Below are positions 39,401-52,700 of a stretch of 64,000 nt of DNA, in pieces; positions within the stretch are counted from its first letter, which is position 1, and each line of letters opens with the position of its first letter. Origin of the DNA: Chrysomallon squamiferum (taxonomy: Eukaryota; Animalia; Mollusca); NCBI GenBank assembly GCA_012295275.1, contig CM022673.1, positions 7,564,001 to 7,628,000 on the forward strand, read 5' to 3'. The position numbers were made by a program, and so were the translations under genes. Under the pieces are notes generated by a model that was not told the origin of the DNA, did not search any database, and worked only from the letters and a program-made list of their open reading frames with translations.

Positions 39401-42400
39401 AATAACATATAATTTGTACATTTTATGCGTATTTTACTTTGATGCACAGTTTATGGTTAAGTTTTAATATATTGAGATCTGATGTTCCAATCTCCAATAT
39501 AATTTTTACGTTAATATATTTTTGAATTGAATGTGTTGCAGTTGTCTGTGTATATCTGTTTGTCTTCCACTGACAAATTTAGTACATAATTTCAATGCAA
39601 ACACAAACTTCATTTATGTTGCAGCAGGAAAGTGCTTCCAAAGAAATACAGGTTGACCTGAGCGAAAAGGTTTGTTTATTTTGTTATGATAATTAGCACT
39701 AATCATTACCATCTTTAAAAAATTATAGTGTACAGCAGTCACTGCAGAATTTGTTAAAGCATGTGCACTATATTGTTTAAATACAGAGTTTATTTTTGTT
39801 GTGACTAAAGTGGTTTCCTGTACCATGTTGAAATCTGCAGATTCGTGGCAAGAGATTGTAATTAAATGGTGTAAAATACCACACCTTTAATGTCTATAGT
39901 TATAATGATAATATATGCATATTCAACTGTTCTGTGTGTGTGTGAGTGACAGAATGTGAAAAATTACAAAACAAAATTGTTAATTAAATGTTTATTACTT
40001 TACAGGATGATGAACTCATTATGTCAGTTGAAAAGAGTTGTTTAAGTTTATATATTAGACATTTGTTTTTATTATTTTAAATAAGAATCTTTTCTACATC
40101 TAATCTAGCAAAACTGAAAAAGAGTTCAGTTATTTTCACATCAATAAGTTTATAATTTGGTTTGTATTTTTGGTGGGTGGTTTTTTGCTTGCTTTATATA
40201 CAAGTAAACCATCAATTTTCCTGAATACTTTATTCATAAGCCTCTCAGGACCAAAAGAGGTGAAATAATAATAAAAATTCAGAAATGCACATCTGAGCAG
40301 TTTGATGTATACATCCCGTGTCTAAAATGCAGATAGAAATTTAAATTTAATAAATATTAAATGGAATTAAATGACTAAATACCATACATTAATACAAACT
40401 GTATATATAAAATTAGGTTGTTAAATATAAAAACAAAAAAATACATTTTTTTAAACCACCAGTGTCTGGAAAATTGATTGTGCACCTGTATCTAGTAATT
40501 TTATGTATATGCTTTTTAATGAAAATAGTAAATCTTTCAACTGAAACATAATGATAGTTCAGCAGTGACAGCTTGTAACTTGGAAATCTTCAAAACATCA
40601 TTATTGCTATTGATGCTATGTTAAATTGTAATTAATATCTGTATACAGAGAGGTTATGTTACAAAAAGATTCCAGTAATATCCAATGTATAAAAACTATT
40701 TGAATCTGAAGATAGTGTGTGTGTGTGTGTGTGTGACTGAATGACACATTTACAACTTAATTTCAATACAAATGAGTGTTCTATGTTTGTAGCTGCAGAA
40801 GAAGGTTCACGAAGAAGTACAGAGTGATCCAGTCAAAGAGGTTTGTTTGTTTTGCCTTGACATTTAACACTAACAGTTGTTTTCAATATGAATGTCTGAC
40901 CACTATCTTCATTTGTCACTGTGTGTTACCATTATGTTCATTTGTCACTGTGTTACCATTATGTACAGTTATCAGTGTGTTACCTTTATGTTCAGTTGTC
41001 ACTGTGTTACCTTTATGTTCAGTTGTCACTCTGTTACCATTGTGTTCATTTGTAACTGTGTTACCATTATGTTAACATTATGTTCATTTGTCATTGTGTT
41101 ACCATTATGTTCATTTGTCACTGCATGTTACTATTATGTTCATTTGTCACTGTGTTACCATTATGTACAGTTATCAGTGTGTTACCTTTATGTTCAGTTG
41201 TCACTCTGTTACCATTGTGTTCATTTGTCATGTGTTACCATTATGTTCATTTGTCACTGTGTTACTTTTATGTTCATTTGTCACTGCGTTACCATTATGT
41301 TCATGTGTGACTGTGTTACCTTTATCTTCCTTTATCACTGTGTTACCTTTATGTTCATTTGTCACTGTGTGTTACCTTTATGTTCAGTTGTCACTGTGTT
41401 ACCTTTATGTTCAGTTGTCACTCTGTTACCATTGTGTTCATTTGTAACTGTGTTACCATTATGTTACCATTATGTTCATTTGTCATTGTGTTACCATTAT
41501 GTTCATTTGTCACTGCATGTTACTATTATGTTCATTTGTCACTGTGTTACCATTATGTACAGTTATCAGTGTGTTACCTTTATGTTCAGTTGTCACTCTG
41601 TTACCATTGTGTTCATTTGTCATGTGTTACCATTATGTTCATTTGTCACTGTGTTACCATTATGTTCATTTGTCACTGTGCTACCATTATGTTCAGTTGT
41701 CAGTGTTACCTTTATATTCAGTTGTCTGTGTGTTACCATTATGTTCATTTGTCACTGTGTTACCTTTATGTTCATTTGTCCCCTGTTAGCTTCCTGGATA
41801 AAAGGTCTGGTACTTAGACTACATCATACATTTTGTGTCTCTATGTATTTGTGTGTATTTTAATATTGTATGGGAATATTAGATATTATGGCTAAATCAC
41901 ACATTTATTTTAATACATTATAATTAAGCAAGATAACATATAATTTTACATTATATGTGTATTTTAGTTTGATGCACAGTTTATGTTAAGTTTTAATATA
42001 TTGAGATCTGATGTTCCAATCTCCAATATAATTTTTACATAAATATATTTTTGAATTGAAAGTGTCATGTTGTCTGTGTATATATGTTTGTCTTCCACTG
42101 ACAAATTTAGTACATAATTTCAATGCAAACACAAACTTCATTTATGTTGCAGCAGGAACGTGTTTCCAAGGAAGTACAGGTTGACCTGAGCAAAAAGGTT
42201 TGTTTATTTTGTTGTGATAAAAATTATAACGTACAGCAGGCATCTTGACATAATATCAGTTGTCACATTGTTATTGGTTTATGCTTTATTCATTATGTCC
42301 AGTATCACTGTATTGCCAGTTATGATGCAGTTCTCACTATATGACCATAATGTTGAGTTTTCATTCAGTCACAGTTGTTTTTATTTTATTCAATTGTCAC

Positions 42401-43307
42401 TTCATAACTAATGGGTTTTAATTAGCATTTTATGTCTGTTATGTTACTGTATAAGCAATGCATTTAGTTGCTACTGTGCGTTCAATGTTACATTTGTCAT
42501 TATGTTATCGGTATATCTATGTAACTAATAAGTTCAGCTGTCACTTTGTTTGTCATTCATTATGTTGCCAGTGCATTCTGCTGTCACTATGTAGTTTGAG
42601 GTGTCACTGTGATACAAATATATTCAGTTGCTACAGTATATACAGAATGTTCATTTGTCACCATTTACATTAAGATCAGTAATTCCTTTTGGCTCAATAT
42701 GCTCAGATATCTTTTATTGACTTGATCTGTAACCAAATGATCACTGGTTTAACATAATTTCTGAATGGACTACAAGCTTTTTAGAAAGTTACGTGTAATG
42801 TACAGTGAATTATGATGTGAATTTAAAAATATAGCTAAAAAGATTTCTCGATATTTAAAATTTAAAAAGGTAGAAAATAAATATATATTTATATACATAT
42901 TTAATTCCTTTTGTTATCTGAAACCGTTGTTTCAAAACCACAGATGACAATCTTTTAATTATCCACACAATGTAATTTTATTTTCATCTTTTCAAAGTGC
43001 TACTCTGTAGCTCAGATATTGTCTTACTGTTGTTATTTGTAGTATCTGTGTCTTAGTAAAAAAATATCAATGATACACACATGATGACCTGTTTCACTTG
43101 GTAATCAGTAACTGATCATCTCTTACTGATAAATATTACTGATTTTCATTTGTTAATCCATAATGATTGTTATTTGATGATAAATAACTAAGATTTCAAA
43201 GATTTTTACTGAGAATATTGATTTTGTAAACTTAACATTAATTCACTCAGGACAGATACATCCATTTAACTGTTCTTGCTTATTATCATTATATTTGGTC
43301 ATTTTCA

Positions 43308-43350
<43 letters not shown>

Positions 43351-44965
43351 TTACATAGATACATATAATATTTTGTTTTGATTAACGTTTGTTTGTTAAT
43401 TTTTTGTAGTTTTTTTTTCACAGCAGTATTTTGTTTTGAATTATGATATTTGGTTTTTCTTCACAATGAAATCTCAATTTGTTTTGAATCATTCAAAATG
43501 AAATTAATTACTTTTGAAGTATATCACCAGAGTCAGTGACTCACATCACTGCTTAGTAGTCCATTCTTGAAATAACTGTGTTTAACGTTAGAAGAATTTT
43601 CTATTTTATGATTTATTTACAAGCAGCAAAAAGATAAAAATAACTTAAAAGAAAAAGAAAAACACTTTTTGTTTATGTTATTTAAATATTTTGAAACTAA
43701 AAGAGTGACTTAGAGAAAGAAATGAACTACATGTAATACAAATGAGACAGTTAACTGGTATTGGAAAACAAATCTAAGTAAAAAGTGTTTTTTTCCCACA
43801 GAAATGCCAGGTAAAGTTGTTGGTATCTTTGATTAACTGGACATTTTGATTAATCTGATTGTTTTGGTATTTTTTAGGAGGAAAAACCTACGGAATTAGG
43901 AAGAAACATGAGGGCAAATAAAAAAATAAAAGACATGGTAATATAAATTATACATTATATCTTGTGGTAATAAAAAGATGTGGAATCACATACAGACTCA
44001 CTCTCTCTTCTTTTATTTTCTGTCTGACTGCAAATAACCAACCATTTATCTGGCTTCAAGAAAGCCAGCTATTTTTTAAACTGACTACTTTTAGAGTTGG
44101 TCACTGTAACTCCCCAATCAGTGGCAATTATTTTAGTTTCCATGACATATACATTGAATGATGCCAGCTTAAGTGAGACTGTTGCTGTGTAGAGATGATC
44201 CTCTCACAGTAAATCATTATTATACACCTGTGCAGGACTAATGACTGTTAAATAAAATGCTTTTATTTGTTCTTACTACTTTTTTTTTTATCCAGTATAT
44301 GATGCATGGGATGGTATTGAATTTAAGTGTATTAAGAAATGTATTAATTTGTACCTGTATCTTTTAAGTAAAAAATTTTGTTCTTTCTCTTCATCCTGTT
44401 TATTACACATTCTATAATAATTAAAGACATTTTAAGAATTTTAACTGATTAATAAAGATCAAACAGACCCTTCTTTAAGTGTTTAATAGTTTCATTGTTT
44501 ATTTTTCTAGTTTTATTTCATATTTTATATTCATACTGAGCCTTCCAAAAATCCCACAAATACATCCAAAAATTTGGACCACCTCTGGTTCCAAGCTTGC
44601 CAGATAAATGTTTTGGTTCCTGTATAACAAAACCAATCCTTTTTTCTCTCTCTCTTCTTTCATTTCTTTTTCTTTTTTTTTCATGATAGATAACATTTCT
44701 CTGTAGAGGTGTAAAATACATAATTCAAATGTATGTTTATATTCATTTAATTTAAATTATTATAAAATCTTTATTTTGTTTTAAAGATGTTGAATAATAT
44801 AGAATTATTTTTTTATTTATGATTTTGTTTCCATTTCAGGTTTTAGAATTACGTTTAAAGCAGAAACAGAAACTAAAAGAACTTGTTGACAATAACGAGA
44901 GGTTTGATAAGAAATTACAACGAGAAACTGATATAAAAAAAAATGTAGATATTACACTGCAATAA
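36464..44965 (+). CDS. Orphan micro-exon gene, copy 3 (~212 aa), with an internally duplicated exon block
   Basis: Phase-0 GT-AG exons: 36464-36478, 36849-36923, 37474-37620, 38158-38187, 38913-38957, 39625-39669 QESASKEIQVDLSEK, (40006-40035 donor mutated), 40799-40840 KKVHEEVQSDPVKE, 42153-42197 QERVSKEVQVDLSKK, 43802-43810 KCQ, 43878-43937, 44840-44965 ending NVDITLQ*. Confidence 0.8.
40905..41785. repeat. Expanded 27-bp minisatellite with a 392-bp higher-order duplication
   Basis: Same unit as 15226-15556; identical runs start at 41080 and 41472. Confidence 0.9.
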
Positions 44966-47532
44966 ACTCTGTCAGTAATTTATTTAATATAATGATTTCA
45001 CAACTGTAGAAAACAGTACCTCTTGATTAAATACTAAACCGAAGACATCTTTGGCTGTTTTAGCACACAGGAAAACTGATTACTCAGTCACATGTTTAAT
45101 CTTTCACAATCTGGTCAATTCTTAATATTTCGCTAACACTAAGTAAGAAATAGGACTGGCACGTTTTGAATATTTCAATGACACTAAATAAGAAAATAGT
45201 TATTGTAACCAGTAAGCCATATACTGTACACTACATAGAAGTAGTTACTGTTTTACTTTACAACACTATGCAATATCTGATGGGTCAGTAAAGATGATTT
45301 ATTTACAGATTCTCCCATCTTACTCTTGATGTTCATTCTAAATCAAAATTCTTCAGTTCTGTGGGTAAGCATGAAAGTAATTGGGTGTCCTGGATATGAA
45401 AAAATTGAGAGTCAAGAGAATGTTGATTCTAAAATATTTGGGAATCACTGTTTCACATCATCATAATGTTACATACTAAAGAATCGAAACCTAGACTTCG
45501 ATTTGATTTGAACCTTTAAAACCTAGTAAAATCATAACCTACATTATTTGTTTCACAGGTATTTGCACAAATGAATTGTGGCCTTAGGTATTCAGTTTAT
45601 AATTACTGTGATGTTTTCATTTTGATTTTTTTCAGATAATTTTCCTCTTACCAAGTCAAATTAACAAACACTTATTATTATTTCACAAATATAAGAAGAA
45701 AAATTACTGGATGATATTTGATATTTAACTGATTTCAAATAAAAAACAAAAAAACTACTGGGTCAGAACTTGCGATGTGAAAACTGACATGAAAATATTT
45801 TTAAAAATTAGAAAGTAATCTTAATCAGATTTTATTTGAGGTTTATGATGTTTTTATTTGTTTTGTTTTATGTAAAAGGGAATTCCAAATCACAGTAAAT
45901 AAATATGAATCATTCCAGAAAATTACATTATTCATCATTCATTAGACCAAATGTATAAAGTATTGAAAAATGTTGTTTTTTTTTTTTTTTGTTGTTGTTG
46001 TTGGCATGAAATGTAATTTCTGTGAATAGGTTGGAGATGTTTCAGAATTTTTCATTATTTGAAGGTATGGTCAGATATTTATCATTTGAAGAGAATTTTT
46101 TTTTTCAGTTTTATATTGAATATTTTTCACTTGTATTTTTGTATATGTATATATATATATATATGTATATATACAGTATATCTATATATATTTTTTTTTA
46201 AGTATTGATAAATGTTAATGTTTGATTTTTGTTTTTACCACCTCACTGAAAAACAATTAAATTTGTTTATTAAAATAAATATAATTGTATTAAGTACAAT
46301 ATCTCCAAATATGTTACAAATATATCTGTCATGTCTTTTAATGCCATGAATTGGAGATTTCTGGGGTAGCTTTAAACCTTTGATGGCTGAGTGTGGAATA
46401 TTTAAAATCTGTGTTATGACTGTAAACTGTTGAGGAACCTGTTGAGATTTATCTGCATTTAAAATTTCTATTCAACAACACACAAGTCAAACCTTTTGAT
46501 TTACATAGGAATTTTTTGAACAATTTGACCTTTTTCCCTGACTGTAGGAATTGTCACATGATTACAAATAGATTTTGTAGTTACAAATTTACAAGTAAAA
46601 ATCGAAAGTGATAAATTTACAAGACAAAATCATAATTTTAATTCAATTTACAAAATTACGAAAATAAATAAATTAAATTCTAGTTTCAAGTTAACAAGAT
46701 GTAAAATAATAATTCGATTGTAGTTACAAATTTACAAGATACAAAATGATAATTTAATTTTAGGCACAAAACTACTAGATAAATTAGTTAAATTCTTGTT
46801 AATAATTTACAAGATAAAATGATAATTTAATTCTAGTTAGAAAATTACAAGATAAAAAACCTAAATTCTAGATACAAATGAACAAGATGAAAGATGATAA
46901 TTTAATTGTTTATATAAATTTACAACATGTAATTTATTCCAGCTACAAATTTACAACATATAATTTAATTCCAACTACAAATTTAAAAGGTGTAAAATGA
47001 TGATTTATGTCAGAGTTGTTTCTGTTACATTCCGTCCAGGTTGTTACAATTGTGTGATATGTTTGTACCAAATTATAGATGGTGTCATTTGTAACAATGA
47101 AGGTGTTTTTGTAATACTGGCAAAACCAAATATAATCTTTGAAAAAAATTTTATTATAAGGAAAAAAAAATGAAGAAAAACAAAATAATAAAACAAAAAA
47201 AAGGGTTGAAAAACACTCCCTTTTGTATTTGAACAATTTTAACACCACCTTCATTTTATTAATGAACCATTTAATTTTAATACAAAACTGTTATATAACG
47301 ATGAATTCACTAATAATCAGATATTAATGTATATAATGAACAAACACCTACTGCCACTTTATTGATTAAAAAAAATGTTGTTTTTGATAGTGTTTTGTTT
47401 TCAGTTATTTTCTGTATGAATATATATGTATGTATGTACGTATGTATGAATGTATGTATATAGTATGTACATAGTTTTCTTTTGTCTGTTCATTTATTCA
47501 TTTAATTTTTCTAATTTATTTATTTAATTATA

Positions 47533-47533
<1 letters not shown>

Positions 47534-47608
<75 letters not shown>
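47534..47608. repeat. (ATT)n microsatellite
   Basis: Directly visible. Confidence 0.95.
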
Positions 47609-49729
47609 TGATGGGTTTTTTTGTTTAATGTTTTGAAAGTGAGTTCTTTACACTTTGTTTTCATGGATATAATGTATAATTACTGCCATGCAAATCAAAC
47701 CAAAAATACTTTTTTTTTTTATAAAATATTTTACTATTCATTTTAAAATCTTTTAATTTCTTTCAATAATTTCTTGTTCTTTTAGTAGATATACAAAATG
47801 TAAACAATAGAAGTAACAGATGCTGGTATTTTATTTCTGTTAACAGAGGAGGATAAAAAATTATTCTTATTTGTATCATATTTCTCAATAAAAGTTTATA
47901 ATTTAGACAAATTTAGATGTAGCATATATAATTTATGTTTTATTAAGTACTTTACAAGAAAATACATTAAAATTTTAATATCATTTTCAAAATATACAAA
48001 GTTTTAAACCTAAAATATATTTTTAACTAAAATGTTTATTAATATAAAATGTGGATATACATTTATATGTGTTTATGCAAATGCACCAATTTTTTTACAT
48101 TTTTCTATTAATTAATAACTTTATATAAACAAAATCTTTTGGAATCAATTATGTATATTAAAAGATGCCTGAGTTAAGCTGTTTGTACACTGTGTGGCTT
48201 GTAATAACAGTCTATAGCAATTAAAGTTTACCAAGAATGGAATTCATTTCATTGCTTAAATAAAATAAAATTTTCAGTAAGATATATTCATCCTTGATGG
48301 TTAAATAATTTATTTTCATACAAAATCCTGGAGAATACAACAACAAAAAACAAAAACATAAAACAATATAATCAGTTTATGCTACAAAGTAAAAATAAAT
48401 CTAAGGGACGTAATTCTTGTTACTTTTAGAATCCTAAATTTATGGTTGGAAACGGGTCACATTTTAATTGTTACAGCTAATATTACATTTTAGATTATCA
48501 GAGTTGGCATGTTACAAGTCATATGGTGAAAATATTGCTTTATGAATGTGTGTCTGAACTGTTATTTACTGATTAAGTTTTATGACTAAATTATTTAATA
48601 ATACGGTTTATTTGCCTCTTCTCATCTTTTTTATTTATTTTTATTTTTATTTTTATTTTTTTTTTATTATTTTTTTTTTTTTATAGATTTAGGAAATTTT
48701 TTATTAATGTCATTAATAATGACTGGTTTTAGGGGACTTTCTGAGTTGTTAGATGCAGATCAATTTAGCCTGTTTGACAGACAAAATATAAATAAAGATG
48801 TTTATAGATGCTGTAAATTTTGTATGTTTGTGAATAATTCACTGTAAAGTCTTAATTCAATACAATTATGTCACAGAATGTTTAATCTTTTATTTCTTAG
48901 TTATAAAAAATATGAAAATGTTTTTTGGTTATATAATAAAAAAATAAAAAATAAATAAAAAAATTATTTTTAAAATTAATAATTCCATAAGTTGAAACTA
49001 GTGATTAATTTCTACATATATATTAAATGGAAAGGAATTTAATATTATAATTACATACAAATTACCTACAGCACAGTAATTGCATGGATCTGTCATCAGA
49101 TATAGTAATGCACTTTCATAAGTTCATGCAGATCCATGTTTCCTGAAATAAGTGTTAACCTCACCAGAAGAGCCCAAGGCACCAAACAATCAACAAGCTG
49201 TTGTTACATTTATTGTAATGTAATTCTGTTACTGGTCACTCTTGTCCATTTCAAATGGCTTCAAGATTACTGCCCCTTTAAAAATATAACCAGATATCAA
49301 GTTATAATGAAAGATAAAAATTAAAAATTAAAAAATAAACTCTTCAACTCTTTTTTGCACAAAAGAATATTTGTGTTGGAGGTAAATATGTGCCACTGTA
49401 CATTAAATCAGGAATTAATCTGCATTTTGGAAATACAGAGTTAAACAAATTTTCATATTCTTTAGATCATAAATTTTTTTTTTTACCAATTGTTATGACA
49501 GCACCATATTTTTCAGCTTTACTTCAAAAGCTGGTACAGTGACTTTATCCACAGTTCAAAGTACAGGGTCACATACACATGAATGTTTAATGTATTGGTT
49601 AAAGTTCTTTTGGGCTGTTTGACATTTTTTGCAATGTTCATGTAAAAATATTCAAACTGAAAACAGAAAACATCATTTTAACATACTTGTTTTGAAATTC
49701 TGTTTAAAAAGAAAACAAAACAGACAATT

Positions 49730-52700
49730 TGTAGGAAGAAGGTACATTTTATTAATCATGTTTCAAAATATTATCCAAGCTTTTGCACATTTCTGTAGGT
49801 AACTCATTTAAAATCTGTCAATTCTTCTATTAACTGTCCTTTAAGCCATGATGGAAGTGTATTTTATAATTTAACTGTATTTTGGTGTATTTTCTTCTAT
49901 AATGTACCAAGTGGTGTTGCATTTTTATCAGGTAGAATGAATGGACAACAGACTAAAAATTTCCTAAAAGCCAGATAGCCATGATAGCTGTGCCTGCCTT
50001 GTTTTATCTCTTCATCTTTTTTACTTCTCTTATGCACAGAATATAGCCAATAACAGAATCTGATTTATATTTTCAATAGTCCATGTATTGGCTGGGTTAT
50101 ATATTCTTTCATGATACTTCAGTATTTTCCCATTAGATGGCACCACTTACTGTTTTGATGAAATAGGGAGGAATGTCAAATATAAACTGAACAACCATTT
50201 CCAGTACAATGTGCAATTTCTGGTTGTTTTGTAAACTGTCAGCTTGGGTGACAATATGCAATTTTGTGGACTTATGATTCCTTGTAATAGAACAATTTAC
50301 AAATTTAGGAATTCTAACCAAACAGTGAAATTTAGGTAAATAGCAAACTACTCTTGCACTGAATAGTGAAGAATTTAATCTGTAATGAAATCAAGGATCA
50401 ATGGAACATGGTGAGATCAAGGTGATACAACTCACAGACACAACTGAAAGTTCTGTATAAAATGTAAATTGTATTTTTTTTTTTTTTTTTCCATTTCAAA
50501 CCTTAAAATATATATATCATACAACAATGCTACTGAAAGAAAAACAAGAAGAGACAAAAAAGACAAACACATAATTCAAGAATACTTATATTTTATTCCC
50601 TATTGATCCCCAATGAGTTAAATTTTGTTTCTACAATGGATTCATAACTGTGCATCTGAACAAGCATTGAAATCCTGGTATTAGCAGCTCATACACTAAA
50701 ACCGGCCAGTGTAACACATCAAATATTGCACACATAAGATATGAAAAGTAGATTATATTTTAAATAATGCAAACGAGTGTATTATGTTTAATATGCCAGT
50801 CAAATCAGTAGAACAGTTCAGATTATAAAACAACTGTTTTACATCTAATTCACAAAACAAAACTGTCATTTAAAATGTCAAACATGAAAAAAGCATTTCA
50901 TTTAATAATTTAAAACAATTTGAAAACAGAATAATTTCAGTATTTGTTTAAATATCATTTCTAGTTTATATATAATTATCTGAAAATGTGTTTCATTCAA
51001 GAAGTCAGATAAAAATTTTGACATAAGAGTTGGAAATAAAAATCTAAATGAAACTTGTTATTAAAGCAGCTGCCAATTAAATGCTATTTGTACAGTCAAA
51101 TAAGGCAATTTCCTAAGGTAGGTTTTAAAATCTGTAAGTTAGTTTTACTATTTATATTAAACATTCTGTAATGCCGACATTTTGCAGATTCTCTTTGGTA
51201 AAATACTGGTATGGAATATTTTAAGTAAAGCTAAACTAATTTTAAAACTCTTTATAATAAATTAATTTTGGCAAAAGCAAATTTATACACTTCAGTCAGA
51301 GGTAATATAGGATTTCTGTATATTTAGGAACATCAGTTTTGTTTAAACCATTCATTAAAAAAAAAAAAAAAAAAAAAGCAAGAAAAAAAACAAAAAAAAC
51401 AACCTATAAACAAGAATTTTCAGTAAGCAAAACTATTCATTCTGTTATTTCTGAAAAAACAAAAAAAAAATGAAAATAACAAGACCTGAATTTCCATGGA
51501 AGTGGTATAAACAAAAATGAATAATTTATAAATTATATAATTCTTTTTATATGCAACTGAACAGTGAAACAATAACTGCTGCTGTAGTAGTAACAGTATT
51601 GTTATAAATGATACAAATAGAACCTTTTATAATCAAACTTGGATATAATCTCATTTAATAATAAAACTAATAATATCTAACCATCTGGCTGTTATGAACT
51701 TAGAAAACATGTCGGTGAAATCTGTTTAATTTTTAGTAAATGGTAACTTGTCTTTTATCAGTATATTTGTATGTGTCTAAGCCTTACTAATGCTTCAAGT
51801 TTTAGTAATTACTGAACAGAATCCTGTTCTGCACTATTTCTTCTGATCTGACTGACAAAAAACACGTTCAAAATAATTGAGGAAAAGGCAAAATGAGAAA
51901 GTGAACCAACCAATCAAGATACTATAAAAAAGACAATGACGACAAAAAGTGTTAAAAAGCTACCACCAGTTCATGGAAATGCCACTCTAAGTAACAATTA
52001 TAATAATTAAAAAAGTGACTGATAATAATATTAATGATACTGAAAACATTAATGCTGGCTAAATAATCTTTCATTGGCTAATATAATTGTTATTATACCC
52101 TTGGGTGTAGTAAACTAGATGACACACAAACATGTAACTAGGCTGACTAGATAATATAAAATGCACAACTTAATTATGGGCGAAAAAAAAAAAAAAAAGG
52201 AAGATAAATAGCATTCAAAATGTCGCTGAGGACCACACCCTGACCCTTTTATCTGCATTGGAATGGTCATCAAAAACTTGGAAGATTACTGTTATTGCAA
52301 AGACCTGAATTATGAATCATTTTACATACTTTAAAATAATAATTATGAGAACTAATACAATTCTCATTACAACCCTCAATTCCATCAAAATACTGACAAG
52401 CAAAAGTTTTAAACTAAAAATATTAAAGCATATATAATTTTTAAAAATAGCTGTTTGTTTTGTCTGGGACGGATATGTAGTAATTACATCAATTATTATT
52501 AGAAAACAAAGGTTGAAGTATTTCATTAAGTAAATATGGAGTATCAATATTTTTTTTTTTTTTTGTTATTTGAAAGAAAAATAATAATAATAAAAAAAGG
52601 TCACTGTAATATTTCAGAAGAATAAATATTTTGATTTATACTATAATTGAAAATGAAAAGCAGTAACATGAATGAAAACACTGAGTAACAAGTTGATCCT

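Larger units (their letters stand above)
34130..50705 (+). repeat. Tandem segmental duplication, unit 3
   Basis: Longest unit; runs into unique sequence after CACTAAAACC at ~50700. Confidence 0.9.

Noticed and set aside
40776-41863. Cys/His-rich ORFs (up to 323 aa; also 15200-15636) that look like metal-binding proteins
   Set aside because: Translations of the 27-bp intronic minisatellite, open in all three frames
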